From: Candidatus Binatia bacterium
GTDB taxonomy: Bacteria; Desulfobacterota; Binatia; UBA9968; JAJDTQ01
Reading direction: 5' to 3'
Length of the DNA: 64,000 bases
NCBI GenBank assembly: GCA_963666515.2
Contig: OY762897.2
Location: forward strand, 2,048,001 to 2,112,000
Positions 17,999 through 27,044 of the stretch are shown here, in pieces (position 1 is the first letter of the stretch; every line of letters starts with the position of its first letter). Both the position numbers and the translations under genes were made by a program. The notes under the pieces are model-generated. The model had not been told where the DNA came from. It did not search any database and saw only the letters and a list, made by a program, of their open reading frames with translations.

Positions 17999-19054
17999 AT
18001 GAGTGAAGCCGTCAACACCGACGATCCGCGGCTCGAGGAGCTGCACCGCATCATGGCCGAGAACTCTCTGGCGGGGCACTGGCAGCCGCGCCAGCCTTCA
18101 CCGGAGCTGCGGGCGCACCTGTGGCGCTGGCCGGTGATCTACTCCTGCCTCATGGAGTCGGGCGAGGTGGTGAAGCTGGGGCACATCGACGAAGCGGCCA
18201 AGCGCCGCACCGTGCAACTGGTGAACCCCGGTCTCACCGCGTTCAAGTCCACCACCCGCACCATCCAGATGTCCGTGCAACTCGTGAAGCCGGGGGAGCG
18301 CGCCGAGTGCCACCGGCACACGGCCGCGGCCCTGCGCTTCGTGGTGGAGGGCGACGGCGCCGGCTACACCACGGTGGAGGGCGAGGAGATGCACATGGAG
18401 CCCGGCGACCTGGTGCTGACGCCGAGCTGGACCTGGCACGACCACTACAACCAGGGCGAGAACAACATCGTGTGGCTGGACGTCCTGGACGTGCACCTGA
18501 TGAACCACCTGGACGCCAACTTCCACGAGAACTACGGCGAGGGACCGGCCCAACCGGTCACCAAGTCCGAGGGCTACAGCCGCCACCGCCTCGGCGCAGT
18601 GCGACCGCTCACCGAGAGCCCCGGCAACCGCGCCCTGCCCTACACCTACAAGTGGAGCGACACGCTGCCCGTGCTGGAGCAACTGGCGGAATCCGCGGAC
18701 GGTGACGCCCACGACGGCGTGCTGCTGCAATACGCCAACCCGGTCACCGGCGGCCCCACCATGCCCACCATCGACTGCCGGGTGCAGTTGCTGCGCCCCG
18801 GCGAAGAGACCCGGCCTCACCGCCACACCAGCAGCACCATCTACCACGTGATGCAGGGCGCCGGCACGACCACGGCTGACCGGGACAGGAACAACGGCAA
18901 CCCCATGGCCTGGACCGAGCAGGACTGCTTCGTGGTTCCATCGTGGCACTGGCACCACTTCCGCAACGACTCCCAAACGGAACCCGCGATCCTGTTCTCG
19001 GTCACCGACCGACCGGTGCTGGAGAGCCTGAACCTGTACAGCGAGGAGGACTAG
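17999..19054 (+). CDS. Gentisate 1,2-dioxygenase-like bicupin ring-cleaving dioxygenase
   Basis: HLWRW, RRTVQLVNPGL, CHRHTAAALRF, TPSWTWHDH, YANPVTGGPTMPT, HRHTSS. Confidence 0.9.
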   Translation: MSEAVNTDDPRLEELHRIMAENSLAGHWQPRQPSPELRAHLWRWPVIYSCLMESGEVVKLGHIDEAAKRRTVQLVNPGLTAFKSTTRTIQMSVQLVKPGERAECHRHTAAALRFVVEGDGAGYTTVEGEEMHMEPGDLVLTPSWTWHDHYNQGENNIVWLDVLDVHLMNHLDANFHENYGEGPAQPVTKSEGYSRHRLGAVRPLTESPGNRALPYTYKWSDTLPVLEQLAESADGDAHDGVLLQYANPVTGGPTMPTIDCRVQLLRPGEETRPHRHTSSTIYHVMQGAGTTTADRDRNNGNPMAWTEQDCFVVPSWHWHHFRNDSQTEPAILFSVTDRPVLESLNLYSEED

Positions 19055-19095
19055 GGCGACCGCGGGTCGCCCCTACATGGGGTTCATCGCTGGCG
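19051..19095. repeat. GTAG-type REP element, copy 2 (reverse orientation)
   Basis: CTAGGGCGACCGCGGGTCGCCCCTACATGGGGTTCATCGCTGGCG is the near reverse complement of the 6291-6337 copy. Confidence 0.8.
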
Positions 19096-19132
19096 CGTAT
19101 GACAACCCTCGGATCCGCCACGGTCACCCTCC

Positions 19133-20620
19133 ATGCTTGACGCCATAGCGCAAGCCAGCCTCCAGATCCTCGACCCGGTGCACCTCTTCATGCTGTTCGC
19201 CGGGACCTTCCTCGGGCTCATGCTCGGGGTCATCCCCGGCATCGGCGGGGTCACCGGGCTGGCGCTGCTGCTGCCCTTCACCTTCGACATGGACGCGGTC
19301 TCCGCCTTCGCCTTCATCATCGGCATGCTGGCGGTGACCACCACCTCCGACACCATCCCCTCGGTGCTGTTCGCCGTGCCCGGCACGGTGGGCTCCCAGG
19401 CCACCATCATCGACGGACACGCCATGGCCAAGCGCGGCGAGGCCGGCCGCGCCTTCGGCGCCGCGTTCACCGTGTCCGCCCTGGGCGGCATCTTCGGCGC
19501 CCTGGTGCTGACGCTCTCCATCCCCGTCCTGAGCCCGCTGGTGCTGACCTTCGGCTCGCCGGAGTTCTTCATGATGGCGGTGCTGGGGGTGTGCATGGTG
19601 GCGAGCCTCAGCGGCTCGGCGCTGATGAAGGGCGTCATCGCCGGCGGCTCCGGACTGCTGCTGGCCACCGTGGGCACCGACCCGATCCTGAGCGTCGAGC
19701 GGTGGACCTTCGACCAAGTCTACCTGTGGGACGGCTTCCACGTCGTGCCCATCTCCCTGGGCCTGTTCGGCCTGGCCGAAATCACCGACCTGCTGGTCTC
19801 CGGCAAGAGCATCGACTCCGGCGCCCTGGGCCGGCTCAAGGGGCGCTGGGAGGGCGTGCGCGACGCCTTCAGGCACTGGTGGCTGGTGATCCGCTCCGCC
19901 ACCCTGGGGGTGTGGATCGGCATCATCCCCGGCCTCGGCACCCTGGTGGTGGACTGGTTCGCCTACGGCCACGCCCTGCACACCGAGAAGAACGCCGACA
20001 ACTTCGGCAAGGGCGACGTGCGCGGCGTCATCGCCCCCGAGAGCGCCAACAACGCCAAGGACGGCGGCGGACTGATCCCGACCCTGGCGTTCGGCATCCC
20101 CGGCAGCACCAGCATGGCGCTGTTCCTGGGCGCCATGGAGATCCAGGGCCTGACCCCCGGCCCCGAGATGCTCGACCAGAACCTCGACGTGATCTTCACC
20201 ATCGCCTGGAGCCTGGCCCTGGCCAACATCATCGGCACCGGCACCTGCTTCCTGTTCACTAACCACCTGGCGCGCATCGCCACCATCCGCGCCCAGCTCC
20301 TGGCGCCGGCGCTGCTGGTGATCATGTTCCTGGGCGCGTTCATGGCGCGGCGCCACATCGCCGACATCATCCTGTTCCTGTTCTTCGGCCTGCTGGGCTG
20401 GACCATGAAGCGGCAGGGCTGGCCGCGCCCGCCCCTCATCATCGGCTTCGTGCTCGGCTCCACCGTGGAGAAGTACCTCTACATCTCGATCCTGACCTAC
20501 GGCTGGGCCTGGATGTCGCGGCCCTGGGTCATCGTGCTGGCGCTCCTGATCGTGGCCGCCCTGGCCGGGCCGGCGATCCAGCAGTACCGCAACCGGACCG
20601 CCGCGGCCGCGAACCCCTGA
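19133..20620 (+). CDS. tctA: Tripartite tricarboxylate transporter large permease TctA
   Basis: GVIPGIGG, LLLPFTF, VPGT...DGHAMAKRGEAGRA, GVIAPESANNA, IPTLAFGIPGS. Confidence 0.9.
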   Translation: MLDAIAQASLQILDPVHLFMLFAGTFLGLMLGVIPGIGGVTGLALLLPFTFDMDAVSAFAFIIGMLAVTTTSDTIPSVLFAVPGTVGSQATIIDGHAMAKRGEAGRAFGAAFTVSALGGIFGALVLTLSIPVLSPLVLTFGSPEFFMMAVLGVCMVASLSGSALMKGVIAGGSGLLLATVGTDPILSVERWTFDQVYLWDGFHVVPISLGLFGLAEITDLLVSGKSIDSGALGRLKGRWEGVRDAFRHWWLVIRSATLGVWIGIIPGLGTLVVDWFAYGHALHTEKNADNFGKGDVRGVIAPESANNAKDGGGLIPTLAFGIPGSTSMALFLGAMEIQGLTPGPEMLDQNLDVIFTIAWSLALANIIGTGTCFLFTNHLARIATIRAQLLAPALLVIMFLGAFMARRHIADIILFLFFGLLGWTMKRQGWPRPPLIIGFVLGSTVEKYLYISILTYGWAWMSRPWVIVLALLIVAALAGPAIQQYRNRTAAAANP

Positions 20621-20624
20621 CGCG

Positions 20625-21128
20625 ATGCAAAAGGCCGTCTCCCTGCTGTTCGACGCCTTCTTCCTGGTGCTGCTGGCCGCCGCGGTAGTCACGGCTTGGC
20701 AGTGGCCCTTCGCCACCAGCCTGTTTCCGCTGACTATCGCCATTCCGGTGCTGCTGGTGGCCGCCGCGCAGTTCGCCAAGGACGCGTTCTTCAGGGGTGC
20801 CGCGGACGAGGACGGCGAGCCGCGCGAACGCATCCGCGACATCGAGGTGGACCGCTCCGTGCCCGTGCACCTCGTGGTGCGAAGGGCCGGGACCTTCTAC
20901 CTGTGCGCGCTCGGTTTTCTCGCCGTCATCCTGCTCATCGGTTTCAAGCTGTCGGTGCCCTTGTTCATGCTGTTCTACTTCCGGCGCTTCAGCCGCGCGG
21001 GGTGGGCGGTGACGCTGATCCTGACGGGGTTGTTGACCGGGCTGGTGCTCGGCCTGTTCGACGCCGTCCTGCACGTAGCATGGCCGGACAACCTGCTCGA
21101 CTATCTCCTCGATCGGCGGGAGATGTAG
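20625..21128 (+). CDS. tctB: Tripartite tricarboxylate transporter small permease TctB
   Basis: 167-aa multi-TM protein between tctA and tctC; LFP motif, C-terminal FDAVLHVAWP. Confidence 0.75.
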   Translation: MQKAVSLLFDAFFLVLLAAAVVTAWQWPFATSLFPLTIAIPVLLVAAAQFAKDAFFRGAADEDGEPRERIRDIEVDRSVPVHLVVRRAGTFYLCALGFLAVILLIGFKLSVPLFMLFYFRRFSRAGWAVTLILTGLLTGLVLGLFDAVLHVAWPDNLLDYLLDRREM

Positions 21129-21237
21129 GGACCAGAGCTGACAATTGACATTGCCGGCGGCACGCGTGTACGAAAGAACGAATCGCATCACACCAGCGCC
21201 ACGGAAACCAGCGAGGTTACGATCCAGGAGGGTTCCC

Positions 21238-22227
21238 ATGAATACCGGCATGACTCGGATATCCCTGATCTTGGCGGGCGTCGTGTTGTTCGCCGCCCAG
21301 GCGAGCGCGGCGGACAACGCCGCGGACTTCTACAAGGGCAAGCGCATGACCATGCTGGTGCAGTACTCACCCGGCGGCACCTTCGACATCCGCGCGCGCT
21401 GGATGGCGCGGCACCTGCCAGGGGTCACCGGCGCCAAGGCCATCGTGCGGAACCTGCCGGGCGGCGGCGGCGTCGCCGGCTACAACCGGCTGTTCCGGCT
21501 TCGGGGGGACGGCCTGACGCTCCTCACCGCGCACACCAAGCTGGTGGCCTTCGACCTCTTCAAGCAGAAAGGGGTCAAGTACGACTTCGACAAGTTCGGC
21601 TACCTGGGACGGGTGATTCGCACCAACACCGCGTTGCTGGTGCGCAAGGACCTGCCGTCGGACATCGAAGGACTGCGCAAGCTCAAGCGCATCCGCATCG
21701 GCGCCTCATCCCCCTTCAACGAGGGAATGATCGCCGAGATGTTCGGCCTGCCCGTCACCATCGTGCCCGGCTACGGCGGCTCCTCGGAGCGGATGGCGGC
21801 CATCGCGCGCGGAGAGCTGGACGCCACCACCGCGGCGGTGTCCACCGGCCTGAGATTCAAGGACCGGGTCAACATCGCGTTCGCCTACGTCAAGGACAAG
21901 CGCGCCCCCGACGTGCCGTCGCTGGCGGAGCTGGACGCCAAGGAACCATGGCGCAGTTACGCCCTGTCGTTTACCGACATCTTCGGCACGGTGGTCACTT
22001 CCCCCGGCGTGTCCGAGGCCAAGCAGAAGTACCTGAGCGCCGCGCTCAAGAAGATCACGGGACTGGAGAAGGCGCAGAAGGAGGCCGCGAAGATGAAGCT
22101 CGTGGTGGAATGGACGGGTCCGGAGGAACTCAGGAAGACGCTGAAGCCGTTCATGGCGCTCAACGCCGAGACCACCCAGCAGCTCAAGAACGTCATCGAG
22201 CGCAAGTACGTGGGCAAGTTGAAGTAG
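21238..22227 (+). CDS. tctC: Tripartite tricarboxylate transporter substrate-binding protein TctC (Bug family)
   Basis: AGGAGG RBS, signal peptide, FYKGK...YSPGGTFDIRAR, VRNLPGGGG, GYGGS...RGELD. Confidence 0.8.
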   Translation: MNTGMTRISLILAGVVLFAAQASAADNAADFYKGKRMTMLVQYSPGGTFDIRARWMARHLPGVTGAKAIVRNLPGGGGVAGYNRLFRLRGDGLTLLTAHTKLVAFDLFKQKGVKYDFDKFGYLGRVIRTNTALLVRKDLPSDIEGLRKLKRIRIGASSPFNEGMIAEMFGLPVTIVPGYGGSSERMAAIARGELDATTAAVSTGLRFKDRVNIAFAYVKDKRAPDVPSLAELDAKEPWRSYALSFTDIFGTVVTSPGVSEAKQKYLSAALKKITGLEKAQKEAAKMKLVVEWTGPEELRKTLKPFMALNAETTQQLKNVIERKYVGKLK

Positions 22228-22256
22228 GGACGGCTTCCACAGGACGGAGCAAACCC

Positions 22257-23441
22257 ATGGAGATCAAGTTCGGACTGATCAGCGCCGACTCCCATTGCGG
22301 CTTCGACCGCGACGCCTTCACCTCGCGCATGTCCGCGGCCAGGTGGGGCGAGCGCATCCCGCAGGTGAGGGAGGTGGAGGAAGACGGCCGGAAGGTGGAC
22401 CGCTGGTGCGTCTACGGCAAGCCCCGGGGCGACAACGTGGGCAACTGCCCGGCGCTCATGGGCGACCCCTTCCCCACCTACCCGCAGCACTGGGACGAGG
22501 TGCCGGCGCTGGGCTACGACCCGGCGGAGCGGCTCAAGGCGCTGGACGCCGACGGCATCGACGCCGAGGTGCTGTTTCCCAATCCCCCGGGCGGCACCTT
22601 CTACGAGTGCGGCGACCCGACGTTCGAGCTGGACGTGGTGCGCGCCTACAACGACTCGCTGGCGGAATGGACCACGGTCAGCGACCGCTACTATCCCGTC
22701 AGCATCATCCCTTATCTCAGCGATCCCCCGACCATCCGGCGCGAGATCGAGCGCGCCACCGAGGCCGGGCACCGGGGCATCAACCTTCAGGGCGAGACGC
22801 CGGGCGAGTTGCCCCACCTCACCGATCCCTACTGGGACCCGGTGTGGGACGCGTGCCAGAGCCTGGACGTGCCGGTGCACTTCCACGGCTCCTGCGGCCT
22901 GTCCGCGGGCCGGTCCACGCGCTTCTGGAGCGGCTACTCCCCGCGGCAGGGCCACTCGGCCATGACCGCCACCTCGGCGACCACGCCGGCGCAGATCATT
23001 CCGCACCTGGTCTTCAGCGGCATCACCGAACGCTTCCCGCGCCTCAAGTTCGTGTTCGCCGAGGCGGGCATCGGCGGCCTCAACTACGTGCTGGCCGCCT
23101 GCGACCACGAGTGGGAAACGCGCCACCTCTGGACCGAGGGGCTGAGCACGCGTCCGAGCGAGGCGGTGCGGCGGCAGATGTTCACCAACTTCTGGTTCGA
23201 GAACGAAGGCATCAAGCTGCGCCACGACATCGGCATCGACAACCTCATGTGGGAATCGGACTTCCCGCACGTGACCGCCTTCTACCCGCGCTCCTGGGAG
23301 GCGGTGGAAGACGTGCTCCAGGGAGTCTCCGCGGAAGACCGCCGCAAGCTGCTCTACGAGAACGCCGTGCGCGTCTACCGCATGGACGCGGTGCTGAGCG
23401 TGGCGGAACGCGGCGCGGAACCCGCGGAAGCGCGCGCATGA
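22257..23441 (+). CDS. Amidohydrolase_2 family protein
   Basis: Start MEIKFGLISADSH; LDADGIDAEVLFPN, RAYND, VHFH, MWESDFPH. Confidence 0.85.
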   Translation: MEIKFGLISADSHCGFDRDAFTSRMSAARWGERIPQVREVEEDGRKVDRWCVYGKPRGDNVGNCPALMGDPFPTYPQHWDEVPALGYDPAERLKALDADGIDAEVLFPNPPGGTFYECGDPTFELDVVRAYNDSLAEWTTVSDRYYPVSIIPYLSDPPTIRREIERATEAGHRGINLQGETPGELPHLTDPYWDPVWDACQSLDVPVHFHGSCGLSAGRSTRFWSGYSPRQGHSAMTATSATTPAQIIPHLVFSGITERFPRLKFVFAEAGIGGLNYVLAACDHEWETRHLWTEGLSTRPSEAVRRQMFTNFWFENEGIKLRHDIGIDNLMWESDFPHVTAFYPRSWEAVEDVLQGVSAEDRRKLLYENAVRVYRMDAVLSVAERGAEPAEARA

Positions 23442-24580
23442 GCACGGACCGCGATTTCGTCAGCGTCGACGACCACGTCCAGGAGCCGCCCGACCTCTGG
23501 ACCAGCCGGCTCTCCTGGAGCCGGTTCGGCGACCGCGTCCCGCATCTCGAACGCGACGCCGACGGCGCGGAGCGCTGGGTGGTGGACGGACGGCCGCTCC
23601 TCGGCGGCAAAGTAGCGGCCGCCGGCGCGCTCATGCCCGACCGGAACCGCGAGCCCCGGTGCTGGGAAGAGGTGCCCGCCGCTGCCTACACGCCCGGAGA
23701 ACGGCTCAAGGCCATGGACGCCGCCGGCATCTCCCATTCCGTGCTCTTCCCCACCGTCGCCGGCATGGCCGGAGAAGCCTTCGGACGGCTCGACGACCCG
23801 GAACTGGAGACCGCGTGCGTCCGGGCCTACAACGACTGGCTGCTGGAGGAGTGGGCTTCCGCCAGCCCGCGGTTCATCCCCCAGTGCATCGTGCCCATCT
23901 GGCCGCCGGAGGCCGCGGCCGCGGAAATGCAGCGGGCCGTGGCCAAGGGGCACCGGGGCATCGCCTTCCCGGCCCTGCCCATGCACCTCCGGGACGTGCC
24001 CCACGTGAGCGACCCCGAGTACGATCCCGTATGGAGCGCGTGCGAGGAGATGGGGGTGCCGGTGTCGCTGCACGCCGGGGCCTCGACGGAGTTGTTGTAC
24101 CCGGCGTTCTCAGGGCTCGCACCGGCCCTGTCCGAGGCCGTGGACGCGGTGACCCGGCCCATGTCCAGCGTCTACGTGCTCTCGCTGCTGTCCTTCTCAC
24201 GGGTGCTGCTGCGTCATCCGCGCCTGCGGCTGGTGTTCGCGGAGAGCGCCCTGAGCTGGGCCATGCTGTACATGGAGTGGGCCGACCACCAGTTCGAGCA
24301 CGACGGCCTGGCGCGCGAAGGCTACGAGTTGAAGCCCTCGGAGATGTTCCAGCGCCAGTGCTACCTCACCGCCTGGTTCGACGAGATCGCGCCGTTCGTG
24401 GGCTACCTCGGCGAAGACCACATCCTGTGGTCCACCAACCTGCCCCTGACCACCTCCACCTGGCCGCGCACCCGCGAGACCGTGGAGCGCTGCTTCCGGG
24501 GCGTCACCGACGGCACGAGAGAGAAGATCCTGCGGAGCAACGCCGCCGGGCTCTACGGCATCGAGCCCGCCGCTCAGTGA
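23438..24580 (+). CDS. Amidohydrolase_2 family protein (degenerate C-terminal motif)
   Basis: ATGA overlap with upstream gene; VSVDDHVQEPPDLW, MDAAGI...LFPT, RAYNDW; WSTNLP in place of W.SDFPH. Confidence 0.85.
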   Translation: MSTDRDFVSVDDHVQEPPDLWTSRLSWSRFGDRVPHLERDADGAERWVVDGRPLLGGKVAAAGALMPDRNREPRCWEEVPAAAYTPGERLKAMDAAGISHSVLFPTVAGMAGEAFGRLDDPELETACVRAYNDWLLEEWASASPRFIPQCIVPIWPPEAAAAEMQRAVAKGHRGIAFPALPMHLRDVPHVSDPEYDPVWSACEEMGVPVSLHAGASTELLYPAFSGLAPALSEAVDAVTRPMSSVYVLSLLSFSRVLLRHPRLRLVFAESALSWAMLYMEWADHQFEHDGLAREGYELKPSEMFQRQCYLTAWFDEIAPFVGYLGEDHILWSTNLPLTTSTWPRTRETVERCFRGVTDGTREKILRSNAAGLYGIEPAAQ

Positions 24581-24650
24581 GTTTGAAGCCGATACACGGT
24601 TGGGAGTATATAGTTTGAGCATCAGGAGCCCGTCCGAGTAGTCGAATTCA

Positions 24651-24724
24651 GGGGGCGACCGCGGGTCGCCCCTACACGTGCCCCAGCGATGAATCCCATG
24701 TAGGGGCGACCCGCGGTCGCCCCC
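24651..24724. repeat. Inverted doublet of GTAG-type REP elements (REPIN-like)
   Basis: GGGGGCGACCGCGGGTCGCCCCTAC (24651-24675), 24-bp spacer, GTAGGGGCGACCCGCGGTCGCCCCC (24700-24724). Confidence 0.8.
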
Positions 24725-24751
24725 TGGCAGCTTCAGTCAAGGAGGTGTTTC

Positions 24752-25711
24752 ATGTTGACCGCAAAGGACCTGGGCGGAGTCATGGGCATGATGCCCGCTT
24801 TCGCCACCGATGACGCCACCGACATCAACGCGACCCGGACCGTCGCCGTGGACAACCTGGCCGAGGGGGTGGACCGGATCATCAAGGACGGCATCGACGT
24901 CATATCCACCACCGGCACCTACGGCGAGTGCTACAACCTGCTGTGGGAGGAATTCCAGACCATCACCACCGCGGCGGTGGACACGGTCAAGAAGCGGGTG
25001 CCGCTGTTCATCGGCGTCACCAGCCCCAACCCGCGCGAGGTGGTGCAGAAGATGAAGTTCGTCAAGGACACGGCCGCGGACGGGGTGCTGCTGGGCGTGC
25101 CCTACTACGAGACGCTGCCGGTGGACGACGCGATCCGCTTCTATCACGACGTCGCCGACCTGTTCCCCACCCTCAACATCCTGATCTACCACAACCCCGG
25201 CAACCACAAGTTCACGCTGCCGGTGGGGGCGTTCAAGGAGCTGGTGAAGAAGCCCAGCATCGTCGGCATGAAGGACAGCCACCGCACCACCACCGCGTTC
25301 ATGAACCTGCAGCGGATCACCCAGGGACGGATCAGCGTGTTCGTGAACCAGACGCAGTTCTACCCCTACTACGGCATGGGCGCGGCCGGCTGCTGGTCCA
25401 CTGAGGTGTGGATGGGACCGTGGCCGATCCTGCACCTGCGCAACCTGGTGCGGCGCGGCGAGAACGACAAGGCCGCGGAGGTCATCGCCGACATCAACAC
25501 GGCGAGCCAGGGCAAGCCCGTTCCGGGCGAGGGCTTCAAGCGGCCCGCGGAGTACGTGGACTACTGCAAGGTGGGACCCACCCGGGTGCCGTTCCTCAAC
25601 TTCCCGGACAACCAGATCGACCGCGCGAAGAAGCGCGCAGCCCACTGGCAGGAGATGAACGAGCGCTACCGCCCGCTGGTGGAAGCGGAGAACGGCCGCA
25701 GCGCGGCATAA
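24752..25711 (+). CDS. NahE/PhdJ-like hydratase-aldolase (DHDPS fold)
   Basis: LTAKDLGGV..MMPAFAT, TGTYGECYNLLWEE, NPREV, FYHDVA, IYHNP..HKF, GMKDS; pattern follows NahE. Confidence 0.75.
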   Translation: MLTAKDLGGVMGMMPAFATDDATDINATRTVAVDNLAEGVDRIIKDGIDVISTTGTYGECYNLLWEEFQTITTAAVDTVKKRVPLFIGVTSPNPREVVQKMKFVKDTAADGVLLGVPYYETLPVDDAIRFYHDVADLFPTLNILIYHNPGNHKFTLPVGAFKELVKKPSIVGMKDSHRTTTAFMNLQRITQGRISVFVNQTQFYPYYGMGAAGCWSTEVWMGPWPILHLRNLVRRGENDKAAEVIADINTASQGKPVPGEGFKRPAEYVDYCKVGPTRVPFLNFPDNQIDRAKKRAAHWQEMNERYRPLVEAENGRSAA

Positions 25712-25725
25712 CCACCCCTGTGCAC

Positions 25726-25753
25726 GCCGGGGCGGTCAACGGACCGCCCCGGC
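25726..25753 (+). terminator. Strong intergenic stem-loop (terminator or mRNA-stabilising hairpin)
   Basis: GCCGGGGCGGTC-AACG-GACCGCCCCGGC, perfect 12-bp stem, no U-tract. Confidence 0.5.
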
Positions 25754-25798
25754 AACCCTCACCACCGAAACGAAGCAGGAAACCGGAGGATCACGAGA

Positions 25799-27001
25799 CT
25801 GAAGCCATCCCTCGGCGCACTGGTCCATCGCGGCTTCCGCCTGCTGTGTCTGGCCATCCTGGCCACGTCCTTCGGTTTCTACATCCAGCGGACCGTGGAG
25901 TTGTGGCTCGTCTACCAGTTGACGGGCTCCGCCTTCCACCTGGGCCTCACCGGCTTGGTGCGCGGGATTCCGGTGTTCGTCCTCTCGCCGTTCGGCGGGG
26001 TCCTGGCCGACCGCATCGACCGCCGCCGGTTCGTGATCCTGGTGCAGACGTGCAACGGCGTCGTGAACGCCGGGCTGGCGTTGCTGGCGCTGACGGGCCT
26101 GCTGGAGGTCTGGCACATCTATTCCTCGGCCTTCATGAACGCGTCGCTGAACGCCCTCGGCGCGCCCGCCCGCAACGCCATGGCGCCGGGACTCGTGCCC
26201 CGGGAGATGCTTCTCAACGCCCTGTCGTTCACGGCCATGAGCCGGAAGGTGTCGCAGCTTACGGCGCCGTTCCTGGCCGGCCTGCTCATCGTCTGGATCG
26301 GCTCCGGCCCGACCTATGCCTTCAACGCCGCCGTCTACTTTTCAGCGGCGTTCCTGGTGACGGCGATCCACTACGTGTCGGACGTGTCCGGCGTCCGCGA
26401 GTCTCCCTTCCGCAGCCTGATGGAGGGCTTCGCGTTCGTTCGGCGGGAGGCCGTGGTATGGGTCTCTCTGGCCATGGAGCTCATCACCGTCTACCTGGGG
26501 AGCCACCGGGCCTTGCTGCCGATCTTCGTGGCCGCCCTGGGCGCCGGCGCCCAGGGCTTCGGCCTGCTGCTATCGGCGTCCGCGGGCGGCGCCATCCTCG
26601 GCGTCGCCGTGATCATGTCCGCGGGCGACCTCCGGTACAAGGGGCTTTGGATGGCGTTCGGGCTCCTGGTCTACTCCGTCTCTCTCGCCATGCTGGCGCT
26701 GTCGGAGTGGTTCCTGCTGGCGATGGCCGCGGTGTTCCTGCTGGGTTTCTTCGAAGCCGTTCAGATGGTGATCTGCAACGCCATCGTCCAGGCCATGACT
26801 CCCGACAGGCTGAGAGGGCGGGTGCTGAGCTTCCAGCGGATGATGGGCGTGGGCGGCACCAGCCTGGGGGAGGCGCAGTCGGGCTTCGTCGCCGCGCTTC
26901 TGGGCGCCCCCCTGACCCTGATCGCGGGCGCCGCCATCTGTTTCGGCACGACCCTGAGCCTCCTGACCTTCAAGAAGGAAGTCCGGAAAGCGGATTTGTG
27001 A
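25799..27001 (+). CDS. MFS transporter (MFS_3/H+ antiporter-like), probable CTG start
   Basis: Family-typical ALVHRGFRLL segment lies upstream of the first GTG (25895); GGAGG RBS just before CTG 25799; WLVYQLTGS, GGVLADRIDRRR, TPDRLRGRV. Confidence 0.85.
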   Translation: MKPSLGALVHRGFRLLCLAILATSFGFYIQRTVELWLVYQLTGSAFHLGLTGLVRGIPVFVLSPFGGVLADRIDRRRFVILVQTCNGVVNAGLALLALTGLLEVWHIYSSAFMNASLNALGAPARNAMAPGLVPREMLLNALSFTAMSRKVSQLTAPFLAGLLIVWIGSGPTYAFNAAVYFSAAFLVTAIHYVSDVSGVRESPFRSLMEGFAFVRREAVVWVSLAMELITVYLGSHRALLPIFVAALGAGAQGFGLLLSASAGGAILGVAVIMSAGDLRYKGLWMAFGLLVYSVSLAMLALSEWFLLAMAAVFLLGFFEAVQMVICNAIVQAMTPDRLRGRVLSFQRMMGVGGTSLGEAQSGFVAALLGAPLTLIAGAAICFGTTLSLLTFKKEVRKADL

Positions 27002-27044
27002 TAGTGGAGATACACCTCTCTCTTGTCGGGAAGGAGATACGGCC

